This document shows, piece by piece, positions 22,476 to 31,349 of a DNA stretch of 43,289 bases; the first letter of the stretch is position 1, and every line of letters begins with the position of its first letter. The notes beneath the pieces are model-generated. The model was not told where the DNA came from and did not search any database. It saw only the letters and a list, made by a program, of their open reading frames with translations. The position numbers and the translations under genes are program-made. The stretch comes from Candidatus Cloacimonadota bacterium (GTDB lineage Bacteria > Cloacimonadota > Cloacimonadia > Cloacimonadales > Cloacimonadaceae), in the NCBI GenBank assembly GCA_017995405.1, contig JAGOIY010000003.1, positions 1 through 43,289 of the forward strand, given 5' to 3'.

Positions 22476-23384
22476 TCAATCTCTCTCCATCGCTCCGGTG
22501 CCCTTCCAGCGTTTATGCACCCAAAACCACTGCGAGGGATAACGATGGATGTAATCTTCTATCACCTGGTTTACTTCTTTGAGGAGTGAGGGGTAGAGAG
22601 ATTCGTCGTCTTCCCAGTCGGGGTGATAGATCATGGGCTCAAAGGTGAAACGGGTGCCCCCCTCAGGTGTGAGAAGCGCGAAGCCTGGCAGGATGGGCAC
22701 TTTGTAACGCAAAGAGAGTTTTGCCACCCCCACCCAATGGGAAGCTGGAAAACCCAGGAAGTCCATTACGTGACCGCTTTTACCAGCATTTTGGTCCATC
22801 AGGATTGCGACCATGTGGTTTTTTTGAAACTCTGCGATGATGTCTCTGAGGCCACGACGCATGTCAATGATTCCCACTCCGTGGCGACTCCTGACCCGGT
22901 TGTTGAAATCATCAAAGAGACGGTTTCGCTGGCGGCGGACAATTACTGAAACGGGCATGTTTTTGGTGGGAAAGACTCTGGCTGCCTCCCAGTTTCCCAG
23001 ATGGGCAGTGGCGAGGATCACTCCCCGGCCAAGAGAATAGGCGGCGTCCACGTACTCACGGTTTATCACTTGGCAGGAAGAGAGCATGGATTCCTCTTTC
23101 ATCAGGTAGATCGAGGCGATGCTGAGGCCCATGTTGCGGTAAAGCTCTTTTAATACCTGTCGGCGGCGCCTGGGTTCCCACTCTGGATAGACTTTAGATA
23201 TTTGTGTTTCAGCAACTGCGCGCCGTATCCCAAGGTGATAACCTATGGTCACGAAGAGCCCCTGGCAGATGCTTTTAGCCACGCTCCAGGGTAGGATGCG
23301 CAGCAAAAGCAGCAAACCACGCATCAAGACATATTCTACTGTGTTTTGAACGCGTGTGAGAGCTTTGGAGCGTTTGGCTGACAA
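22476..23384 (-). CDS. Lipid A biosynthesis (Kdo)2-lipid IVA acyltransferase family protein (LpxL/HtrB/MsbB-like)
   Basis: 302 aa with an N-terminal membrane anchor. The acyltransferase motif is ATAHLGNWE, and the overall layout is LpxL-like. The start is uncertain (TTG 23384 or ATG 23324). Confidence 0.65.
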   Translation of the reverse strand: MSAKRSKALTRVQNTVEYVLMRGLLLLLRILPWSVAKSICQGLFVTIGYHLGIRRAVAETQISKVYPEWEPRRRRQVLKELYRNMGLSIASIYLMKEESMLSSCQVINREYVDAAYSLGRGVILATAHLGNWEAARVFPTKNMPVSVIVRRQRNRLFDDFNNRVRSRHGVGIIDMRRGLRDIIAEFQKNHMVAILMDQNAGKSGHVMDFLGFPASHWVGVAKLSLRYKVPILPGFALLTPEGGTRFTFEPMIYHPDWEDDESLYPSLLKEVNQVIEDYIHRYPSQWFWVHKRWKGTGAMERD

Positions 23385-23394
23385 GGCGGTATTC

Positions 23395-23703
23395 TTACTT
23401 CAGGGCGTCTATCTTTCTCTGCAGCACGTTTTTGCTTACTACACCCACGGAGTTGTCTTTGAGCTGGCCGTCTTTGAAGAACAGCAGAGTTGGTATGCTC
23501 ATAACATTATATTTCCCAGCTAATTCGGGATGATCATCCACATTCAGTTTGCCCACCGTTATATCCATATTTTCCTTCGCGATCTCGTCTATAGTGGGAG
23601 CAAGCATGCGGCAAGGACCACACCAGTCTGCCCAAAAATCCACCAGGCAGATGCCTGAAGCGATCGCGGCGGCAAAGTTTTCGGTATTGAGTTCCAAAAC
23701 CAT
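23395..23703 (-). CDS. trxA: Thioredoxin
   Basis: 102 aa with the WADWCGPCRMLAP active site and the thioredoxin fold motifs VDDHPELAGKYNVMSIPTLLFFKDG. Confidence 0.9.
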   Translation of the reverse strand: MVLELNTENFAAAIASGICLVDFWADWCGPCRMLAPTIDEIAKENMDITVGKLNVDDHPELAGKYNVMSIPTLLFFKDGQLKDNSVGVVSKNVLQRKIDALK

Positions 23704-23744
23704 TGATCTCTCCTAAGTATTTATAAAGACATAATACGCGATAA

Positions 23745-23777
23745 GGGAAGCAGAGACAAGCTCAATCTCTGCTTCCC
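23745..23777 (-). terminator. Strong stem-loop after the GcvT-like gene (probable terminator with a weak U-tract)
   Basis: GGGAAGCAGAG (23745-23755) pairs with CTCTGCTTCCC (23767-23777) in an 11-bp perfect stem. The minus-strand tail is UUAUCGCGUAUUAUGUCUUUAU. Confidence 0.5.
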
Positions 23778-23806
23778 CAGATATAGCAGCCTGGCAGTTA
23801 CTTAGA

Positions 23807-25186
23807 TCAAAGCTGTTCGATATTCTTTAGGGCTTTGGGAGCCGTAGCAGGGGAAATCCCTTCCGTGGTAAGATATCCCTTCAGTGCCTGGCCAATGGGA
23901 TTTCCGGCGGCGTCTTCCTTGAATAGATCAACTGGCAGATGAGGGCCTACGGGGTCACCTTCATCCCGGCCAGCGGTCATGGGAGGTATTTTGTAAAGCC
24001 AGGCAAGTCCGATGGCTGCGGAACCTTCCGGATCGATGACGTTCTTGCGACTGGAACCGATAGCTAAACGCTTGGCATGAGTCAGATTGGGTGAATTGAT
24101 GCTGGAGGTCACGCTTCCGAGTCTTACCGAGTTGAGATACACCGCCCGATGAGATGCAATCCCTTCAGAGATCAAGAGCATCAATCCCTTGGTTGCGCTG
24201 GAGGCGATTTCCCTTTCCAAAGCTTCCTTGCCCACGAACCAGGTTTTGTTCATGTCTACCGCGGCTTCAAAGAGCGGAGCATTTACGGGACTGTGATCCG
24301 GATCGTATTCGCTGCCCATCAGAGGCAGTCCCACTGGACCCGCTGAAATGCGGTTTTCATCTCTGCCCCCCAAGCCCACCAGCATACCGCCAAGTTCAAG
24401 AGCTTTTTCCACAATCAATTTAAAATCCGCTTCCGCTTTTTCCACAGGCAGATAGCACTCCCAACCCCAACGATTGGTGTAGCCGGTGCGGCTGAGGTAA
24501 TACAGGTGACCATCACGCTCAAACTCGTTAAAACTAAAGAAGTTCATGTTCTTCTCCGGTTGATTACGGTTTTTTAGCACTTCTTCGCCATAGATCTCTT
24601 TGATGAGCTTAAATGAGTAGGGTCCCTGGATATCCACCTTAACCAATTGCTCTGAAATATCTTCTGCCCAACACTCATCATCAGGGTGTTTCTGCGACAT
24701 AACGCGATCAATATCAGCAATCAGCTCCGTCTTAACACCATCTGCTTCTATACTAGCGGTGATATCGTGTCCAGCGTTGATCACCATAATAAACTCGCTG
24801 TCTGAACAGCGCATCAGGATCATATCATCCTGCACTCCGCCTTTGTCGTTCAGCAGAAGAGTGTACTTGCAGGAGCCCACCTTCATCTGGCTCATATTCC
24901 CTGCCAAGGCGCGATCTAATACGGCGGGACAGTCTTTGCCCCAAAAGCGGATTTGGGCCATATGATCGATGTTGTAGATGGCTACTTTGTTGACAGCCAT
25001 GGCTTCATCGAGCACGGAAGTCAAGTAGTTGACGGCCATGTCATATTGGCCGAAGTTGCTGCGTTTAATGGCAGTGAGTGGAATGCCTTTGCGCTTTGCC
25101 AACAGAGGCAGATACCAGCTTTCTTCGAGCTCGTGCAGGAATGTCTTGCGTGGCTGAGAGGGAAGGTCGAAGCCATACTTTTGCAT
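23807..25186 (-). CDS. Aminomethyltransferase (GcvT) family folate-binding protein, atypically long
   Basis: The GCV_T-type core is NIDHMAQIRFWGKDCPAVLDRALAGNMSQMKVGSCKYTLLLNDKGGVQDDMILMR. The product is 459 aa with N- and C-terminal extensions. An AAGGAG SD site precedes ATG 25186. Confidence 0.6.
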   Translation of the reverse strand: MQKYGFDLPSQPRKTFLHELEESWYLPLLAKRKGIPLTAIKRSNFGQYDMAVNYLTSVLDEAMAVNKVAIYNIDHMAQIRFWGKDCPAVLDRALAGNMSQMKVGSCKYTLLLNDKGGVQDDMILMRCSDSEFIMVINAGHDITASIEADGVKTELIADIDRVMSQKHPDDECWAEDISEQLVKVDIQGPYSFKLIKEIYGEEVLKNRNQPEKNMNFFSFNEFERDGHLYYLSRTGYTNRWGWECYLPVEKAEADFKLIVEKALELGGMLVGLGGRDENRISAGPVGLPLMGSEYDPDHSPVNAPLFEAAVDMNKTWFVGKEALEREIASSATKGLMLLISEGIASHRAVYLNSVRLGSVTSSINSPNLTHAKRLAIGSSRKNVIDPEGSAAIGLAWLYKIPPMTAGRDEGDPVGPHLPVDLFKEDAAGNPIGQALKGYLTTEGISPATAPKALKNIEQL

Positions 25187-25203
25187 TTGTAACTCCTTGT
25201 ATA

Positions 25204-26796
25204 TTATAATTCAATGTAATTTATGTGTCCGTCTACCATACAAAAAGAGCATCTCTGCTCCAGCCAAAACTCGTCGGGTTTGCCGCTCCAGTCCTCAATA
25301 GCGATAATATCCGCCACCTTGCCAGGCTCCAAAGAGCCCCTCCAGTCGTGTGATAACGAACCAGCAGCCGCGGCCAGGGTGTAACCGCGTAGCGCGTCCA
25401 ACACGCCAATCCGCTGCTTTGGGAACCAGGATGGCTGGCTGGGATCGTTGCAGGGTTTTCTTGCGATAGCGCTATAGATGCCCTTGAAGGGATCAATTGT
25501 TTCGATGGGAGCGTCAGAGCCAAAACCGTAGGGAATACCGAGCCGCAATATGTCATGAAAACGGTAGGCGCGGTCTTTGACTTTGCGCCAGGATTGTTCG
25601 ATCATGGGGACGTCGTTGGCCAAGTGAACCGGTTGCATGGCGCAATAGGCACCGCTTTTCTGGAGGCGAACAAGATCTTCTGTAGCAATTGCTTGTAGAT
25701 GCTCAATGCGTTGTAACAGCAGATTACCCTGGCTGGAAATCCTATGCTTGTAAAAGCATTGGATAACATTGCGGACTGCCAAATCACCAATGGCATGTAT
25801 AGTGCAGGCGATATTATGCTTTGCCGCCTTGACGATTATGGCATCGAGTTCATCTTGGTTATAACGCAGGACGCCGAAATTGCATGGCTCTTCGGGATAC
25901 GCTTGCAGCATGGCGGCTGTTTTGGAGCCCAAGGCACCGTCCGCAAATATCTTAACCCCACCTATTACAAAAGACTTTTGCTCCCGGTAGGAAGTCACTC
26001 CCTGAGTTATCATATGATCCAGGTCTGCAAGGGGGAAATGCCATACACAGCGAAAATTTGCGCCGGCATTCATTGCATTTGTCAGAGCAGCTGCACTGGC
26101 TCCACTTTCCATAGAGTGAAAACCTCCCAATCCGAGGCTGAAAATGTGAGCAAGTTCTTGTTTAATGGCTTTTTGCAGTTCTTTATCGGAGGGCGGACTC
26201 ACAAATCGTTCCAGATACTCGGTGGCAGCTTCGTAGATCAAACCGGTGGCGAGACCATCTTCATCCCGCTTGACCAAATCATCGCCAAAGGGAGAGTTCA
26301 GCGCGTCCAGCAAACCGCTGTGTTTGAGCGCGAGGCTGTTGCACCATTTGGAGTGATAATCCTTACTGAAGAGCGCGACGGGGACGTCAGGAAACAGCTC
26401 GTCGAGGAGCTTCCTGTTCAAATACTGCGGTGCATCGATGATATTTATATCCCATCCGTCTCCCAATACCCAATCTGGCAGTTTCGCATTAGTATCTCTA
26501 TAGCTCTGAGCTGCTTCCTTAATCGCGGCAATGCTATTTAAGCCTTTCAGTTTGAGCTGAAACCGGCCTTTGGCGAGCTCCACAAAATGGGTGTGGGTAT
26601 CACAAAAAGCCGGTAACAAGACTTTATGCTGCAGAGAGATAGTCTCGTAGCGACGGCTGGCGGAGGAGAGGCACTCAGCCTTGCTGCCGATGGATTTGAT
26701 CCTACCGTTTTCCACCAGCAGGCTGTCAGCTTGCGCGAAGCCTCCGGTTCCAGGAGCCATTGTCATAATTCTGGCGTCAGTGAGGATATAATTCAT
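25204..26796 (-). CDS. Amidohydrolase-superfamily metal hydrolase (Amidohydro_3 / YtcJ-like)
   Basis: 530 aa with the N-terminal metal motif AFCDTHTHF, an internal HAIGD and the C-terminal GSDAPIE. These are typical of Amidohydro_3 proteins. Confidence 0.65.
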   Translation of the reverse strand: MNYILTDARIMTMAPGTGGFAQADSLLVENGRIKSIGSKAECLSSASRRYETISLQHKVLLPAFCDTHTHFVELAKGRFQLKLKGLNSIAAIKEAAQSYRDTNAKLPDWVLGDGWDINIIDAPQYLNRKLLDELFPDVPVALFSKDYHSKWCNSLALKHSGLLDALNSPFGDDLVKRDEDGLATGLIYEAATEYLERFVSPPSDKELQKAIKQELAHIFSLGLGGFHSMESGASAAALTNAMNAGANFRCVWHFPLADLDHMITQGVTSYREQKSFVIGGVKIFADGALGSKTAAMLQAYPEEPCNFGVLRYNQDELDAIIVKAAKHNIACTIHAIGDLAVRNVIQCFYKHRISSQGNLLLQRIEHLQAIATEDLVRLQKSGAYCAMQPVHLANDVPMIEQSWRKVKDRAYRFHDILRLGIPYGFGSDAPIETIDPFKGIYSAIARKPCNDPSQPSWFPKQRIGVLDALRGYTLAAAAGSLSHDWRGSLEPGKVADIIAIEDWSGKPDEFWLEQRCSFCMVDGHINYIEL

Positions 26797-27850
26797 CTAC
26801 TATTACTTTCAATCCTTTTTCCAGCATTCCCACTTCCACTCCATAGTTAATCCTGATCATCCCAGCGCTTAGCTTTCCAAATGCAGAACCTGGTGCCACA
26901 ATCACTCCCTTGGCCGCGAGTTTCTCAGCGACATGCAAGTCATTATCATCGCAGCGCAACATCAGATACGGTGTGGCGTCTGGCACGTGTAAACAGCTGG
27001 ATGGGCAGGCGCTGCTGAGGATCGTTAAGGCCGCCCCGCGGCTGTTTAAAAGCTGTAAAAATACTTTATCAGCGGCATTTCTTCCGAATTTGCCAAGTGC
27101 AAAGACGGCAAGCTGTTGAGACAGCCAACCACTACAGGTGGACACGTACTGCTTGGCCTTGGTGAGCGTGGCTACCAGAGGCTCAGGTGCCACAACCCAA
27201 CCCAGCCTCCAGCCCGTCATGCAGTGCGATTTGGAGAGCCCGTTTATGATAAAGAGCTTCTCCACCTTACCTGTCAAGGATGCGGGTGTGCCCGCAAAAC
27301 AAAGACCCTTATAGATTTCATCTATCGCGACAGTGATGCCGAAATCCGCGCAGATAGAGGCTAAAGCGTTAGTATCCGTCTCTTTAAGATAATATCCGCA
27401 GGGATTGTTGGGCGAACTGAGCAGGATGACTTTGACTCCATCTTTTAGCAGGTTTCTCCACCTGTCCCAATCTATGGATTTCAACTGCCGCTTTAAAGGC
27501 AAGCGAATAATGTTTGCCCCCAAGATGCTGAGAATGCTGCAGTAAGCGCTGTAGTCCGGATCCGGGACCGCTACTTTATCGCCTGTTTCGATAATGCTGA
27601 AAAGGCTGAGGAACAAGGCTTCCTGCGCGCCATTGCAAACGCAGACGCAGCCGGGATTGGTTGCTCCGCCATAAGTGGATGCTATGGATTCTCTTAGCTC
27701 CGGAATGCCGGCGTTGGGAGTATAAACAGGCGTACCGCTGGCCAGCAGTTCCATGGCGTGTTCACGCAGGCTCTGTGGTAATGGGTATCCAAGCTCTCCA
27801 AGAGCTAGATTGACAGCATTGACAGGTGCTTTCGCCATCACGCTTCGCAT
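26777..27850 (-). CDS. Class I/II PLP-dependent aminotransferase (candidate N-succinyl-DAP aminotransferase)
   Basis: The PLP lysine context is NGLSKSHCMTGWRLGW, and the N-terminal region NAGIPELRESIA is aspartate-aminotransferase-like. I chose the start at ATG 27850 because the track start 27958 would overlap dapD by 74 nt. Confidence 0.65.
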   Translation of the reverse strand: MRSVMAKAPVNAVNLALGELGYPLPQSLREHAMELLASGTPVYTPNAGIPELRESIASTYGGATNPGCVCVCNGAQEALFLSLFSIIETGDKVAVPDPDYSAYCSILSILGANIIRLPLKRQLKSIDWDRWRNLLKDGVKVILLSSPNNPCGYYLKETDTNALASICADFGITVAIDEIYKGLCFAGTPASLTGKVEKLFIINGLSKSHCMTGWRLGWVVAPEPLVATLTKAKQYVSTCSGWLSQQLAVFALGKFGRNAADKVFLQLLNSRGAALTILSSACPSSCLHVPDATPYLMLRCDDNDLHVAEKLAAKGVIVAPGSAFGKLSAGMIRINYGVEVGMLEKGLKVIVDELYPH

Positions 27851-27884
27851 CAGCGAGATTTCCACCCCTTGCCAGCGGGATGCT

Positions 27885-28709
27885 TCAGTCAAAGAGGTGC
27901 CGGAGATCATCTTCCAGCATGACGGCGGCGTCAGTGCTGGCGTCGCGGTATTTGACAATAATGGGGCAGTAAATTTGAAAGTCTGGATTGGAGCGCGCTC
28001 TTCGGCTGCCGGGAACCACTACTGCTCCTTCCGGAATCGTGTAAGAACCCTCAGGATCGGGATCAAGAAAGATATTCCGCGTCAGATCGAAGACAGGTGT
28101 GGACGCGGTTATCACAGTTCCTGAAGCCAACACCGCCCGGCTGGAGACGATCACTCCTTCATAGACGCCAGTATTTCCACCCACAAAGGCGTCATCTTCT
28201 ATGATGACAGGGCGTGATCCGATCGGTTCCAAAACACCGCCAATCATAGCGCCCGCGGAGAGATGTACCCGTTTGCCAATCTGCGCGCAGCTACCTACCA
28301 ACGCGTGGGAATCCACCAGGGTTCCACTGTCCACCCAAGCTCCGATGTTGACAAAAGCGGGAGGCATGATCGTGACTCCCGGAGCGATGTAACAGCCGTT
28401 GCGAGCAGAAGTTCCGCCAGGGACAATCCGCACTTGGTCGGCGAGCCTGAAGCTTCGTTCAGCCAGGGTGTCTTTGTCGAAGAAATCCTTGTTCGAGGTG
28501 TGGGGAAGGGCAGTGAGCTTTCCCATCCGGAAGCCGATCAGGATGCCTTTTTTGACCCAGGTGTTGATTGTCCAGCCCTGGGAAGTAGGCTCGCAGGATC
28601 GCACCACGCCTTGATTAAGAGCCCCGATAAAGTTTTCGAAGAGCTCTCTGTCCGCCGCGGAGTAGATATCTGGACGGGATTCATACAGTTCCAGGATTCG
28701 CTCGCGCAT
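27885..28709 (-). CDS. dapD: 2,3,4,5-tetrahydropyridine-2,6-dicarboxylate N-succinyltransferase
   Basis: The product is 274 aa, the same length as E. coli DapD. The hexapeptide region is nearly colinear: [43 protein letters not shown] versus E. coli [43 protein letters not shown]. Confidence 0.9.
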   Translation of the reverse strand: [274 protein letters not shown]

Positions 28710-29878
28710 CAGAAGCCTTCCTTAACAGCGTCACTTAGCCGCTGCATAGCTTCTACCAGGAGTGCTTTGGAACAACCGAAATTAAGGCGACTAAAGCCTG
28801 AACCGTCAACACCGTATTTGCGTCCTGGATCCAGAGCCAGCCTGGCTTTGTTGGTAAGAAAGTCAAACAGGGCATTGTCATCGAGTCCCAGCTCACCAAA
28901 ATCTAACCAGGCCAGATAGGTGCTTTCCGGTTTAATCATCTTCAGCATGGGAAGATTAGTACTTATATAGTCCATCAGATAGTTACGGTTGTTCTCCAAA
29001 TAAGCGAGCAATTCCTCCAGCCAGTCCTCGCCCTCACTGTAAGCCGCTTTCAAGGCCTCGATGCCAAAGCTGTTGCCCATATAGAGATGCAGATGTTCAT
29101 TGAGGTCGTTGACGCTTTTTCGCATTCTGTGATTGGGGATGATCGCGACCGCGGAGCTCAAACCAGCTATATTAAAAGACTTGGCGGGTGAAATACAGGT
29201 GATGGTGAGATCGAGATAGCGTTCCAGGCTTCCCAAACCGCGGAATTCCTTGCCCTCATAAATGATATCGGCATGAATCTCATCGGATACGATCGGAACG
29301 TCGTAGCGTTTGCACAGGTCGCCCATAAACTGCAGTTCATATTCATCCCAGACCCGCCCGACGGGATTGTGAGGATTACAGAGAATAAAGAGGCTGGCCT
29401 GGCGTATCTTACGCTCAAAATCTTCCTGATCGATCTGATACTTGCCATTCACCAGCTTGAGAGGATTGGTCAGCAAACAGCGATCGTGGTCTGTAACGGC
29501 GTTGAAGAAAGGGCGGTAAACGGGCGTCTGGATGAGTATCTTGTCGTCGGGGCGAGTAAGTGAAAGCACCGCGAGGTTGATGGCGGGAACGACGCCAGGA
29601 GTGTTGACGATCCAGTCACGCTTCACATGCCATCCGTAACGCTTTTTTACCCAATATGATACGGCGGCGTAATAGTCAGGCATTCTGAGGTTGTAACCAA
29701 AAACGCCGTGCTCCAGTCTCAGCTTCATTGCTCTCTGGATGCAGGGGGCAGCCTCAAAATCCATGTCCGCCACCCACAGCGAAAGGAGATCATCTCTGCT
29801 GTAAAGCGCTTTAAGGGCGTCGTACTTGAAGCATCCGCTGCCTCTTCTATCCACTATCTTATCAAAATCATATGCCAT
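28709..29878 (-). CDS. PatB/MalY-type PLP-dependent C-S lyase (cystathionine beta-lyase-like aminotransferase)
   Basis: The N-terminus MAYDFDKIVDRRGSGCFKYDALK is the hallmark of the PatB/MalY family. The PLP-lysine region is SPAKSFNIAGL. The stop overlaps the dapD ATG as TGATG at 28707-28711. Confidence 0.8.
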   Translation of the reverse strand: MAYDFDKIVDRRGSGCFKYDALKALYSRDDLLSLWVADMDFEAAPCIQRAMKLRLEHGVFGYNLRMPDYYAAVSYWVKKRYGWHVKRDWIVNTPGVVPAINLAVLSLTRPDDKILIQTPVYRPFFNAVTDHDRCLLTNPLKLVNGKYQIDQEDFERKIRQASLFILCNPHNPVGRVWDEYELQFMGDLCKRYDVPIVSDEIHADIIYEGKEFRGLGSLERYLDLTITCISPAKSFNIAGLSSAVAIIPNHRMRKSVNDLNEHLHLYMGNSFGIEALKAAYSEGEDWLEELLAYLENNRNYLMDYISTNLPMLKMIKPESTYLAWLDFGELGLDDNALFDFLTNKARLALDPGRKYGVDGSGFSRLNFGCSKALLVEAMQRLSDAVKEGF

Positions 29879-29881
29879 AGA

Positions 29882-30415
29882 TCAACTCGTTTCCGCTTTG
29901 TCGGAAATCTCCCGCAGATATGCTACCATCTTCGCAAGTTCTTGATTCATTTCCACTTGCGGGGCCAAATCGGCGATGTTAAAGATGATTTCCGTCATTT
30001 TTGGAAAGGACGCGGGGGTTTTGTAGAGTTTCTGCCGACCTTGAAGATCGGTATAAACGATATAAAGATAATAGGTTATGCGTTTCTGAAGTTGCATGGA
30101 ACGGAGATTTTCCCAGGGGATGGGGATGGCAGGTTTGACTATAAAACGCAGCCAGAGACATTCCGGTGTGAAGATCACCTCGTTCAGGGCCGTCAAGTGT
30201 CTGAACAGTGCATCCAGCCCGATATACAGGATCACCAATGGCACGATTTTAAAGAACATAGGCGTATCAGCGTTTACCCATCTGACCAGGAAATAGATGG
30301 TATAGCCAGCTATCAGCGCGGTAAAAGTGATCATGATCCAGCGGATGAGCGGATGGAAGCGATACCGCACCGGCATTCTGGCTTTGATGGACGAGATGCT
30401 CAGAGCTTGCGGCAA
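29882..30415 (-). CDS. Small membrane protein of unknown function (two TM helices plus a PH-like soluble domain)
   Basis: 177 aa with hydrophobic helices IRWIMITFTALIAGYTIYFLV and FFKIVPLVILYIGLDALF, followed by a ~100-aa beta-rich tail. I recognise no motif. The start is TTG 30415 or ATG 30376. Confidence 0.5.
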   Translation of the reverse strand: MPQALSISSIKARMPVRYRFHPLIRWIMITFTALIAGYTIYFLVRWVNADTPMFFKIVPLVILYIGLDALFRHLTALNEVIFTPECLWLRFIVKPAIPIPWENLRSMQLQKRITYYLYIVYTDLQGRQKLYKTPASFPKMTEIIFNIADLAPQVEMNQELAKMVAYLREISDKAETS

Positions 30416-31257
30416 GAGTATTCACTCCACATAAAGTTAACACTGTCTATCACTTCCGCGGAAGCGGGCACAATATCCATCAGGTTATGGCGGTCCTGCT
30501 CGCCGTGAAAATCACTTCCGGCAGTCATCAAAAGACTGTTTTTCATAGCTTTGGCATTGAAATCCCGGACCTGAGAGCTGCTGTGGTCGGGATGCCATAC
30601 TTCAATACCATCGATGCCCATTTCAATGAACAAGTCAAGATAGGAGGGGTCGGTAAGCTTGCCGGGGTGTGCGATCACAGCCCAGGCGCCAGCGTCGTGA
30701 ATGACCTTGAGAGAGTCTTCCACACTGACTTCCGGCTTGGGATAATAGGCGGGTTTGAAATTGCCGATAAACTTTTCAAAAGCCTCATTTTTGGTGGCGC
30801 AATAGCCCTTGGCAACCATTACTTGCGCTATGTGAGGCCTCACGATCAGTTCGCGGCTGCCAGCTACGGCCACTACTTCGTCCAAAGCGATGTCCATGCC
30901 AAGCTTAGATAACTTATCCAGCATCTTTACGGCCCGGTCCCGGCGTCCGATCAAATACATCTCTGTCAGCTCGTTCAAGCCGGGAGCGTCGATATCGTAA
31001 CCATAAGCCAGTATGTGAACGTCGTTGCCTTCGTGCTGAGAGCTGATCTCTATCCCAGGCAGCAGACGCAAGCCCAAATCAGCCTCTCCGATAAGACGAT
31101 ACGCGTCTGTCGTGTCGTGGTCTGTGATCGAAATCAAGTCCAGACCGATGGCGCGCGAACGTTCAATCAGAGCCCGGGGCGCCAGAGCGCCATCCGAAAC
31201 GCTGGTGTGAAGATGCAGATTGATCTTTTTAATGGGGTTTATATACTTCGTATTCAT
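30400..31257 (-). CDS. PHP-domain metal-dependent phosphoesterase (TrpH/YciV-like)
   Basis: Motifs INLHLHTSVSDGALAP and ISITDHDT are present, followed by later His/Asp metal ligands (IAHPG, VWHPDH, GSDFHG). I prefer ATG 31257 over the track's 31365 because the family begins right before the HLHT motif. Confidence 0.75.
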   Translation of the reverse strand: MNTKYINPIKKINLHLHTSVSDGALAPRALIERSRAIGLDLISITDHDTTDAYRLIGEADLGLRLLPGIEISSQHEGNDVHILAYGYDIDAPGLNELTEMYLIGRRDRAVKMLDKLSKLGMDIALDEVVAVAGSRELIVRPHIAQVMVAKGYCATKNEAFEKFIGNFKPAYYPKPEVSVEDSLKVIHDAGAWAVIAHPGKLTDPSYLDLFIEMGIDGIEVWHPDHSSSQVRDFNAKAMKNSLLMTAGSDFHGEQDRHNLMDIVPASAEVIDSVNFMWSEYSCRKL

Positions 31258-31270
31258 AACATTATTTTCA

Positions 31271-31304
31271 TTGACGTAAAACTGGTATAAGCAAAATTCG
31301 TCAA
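31271..31304. promoter_or_regulatory. Inverted repeat TTGACG-N22-CGTCAA in a divergent promoter region
   Basis: TTGACG lies at 31271-31276 and CGTCAA at 31299-31304, within the 92-nt gap between the PHP gene (-) and the methyltransferase gene (+). Each arm resembles a -35 hexamer for one direction. No clean -10 element was found. Confidence 0.25.
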
Positions 31305-31349
31305 TGTTTTTTTTCACGACTGATCCCACCAGTTCCATAGGAGATTCAA

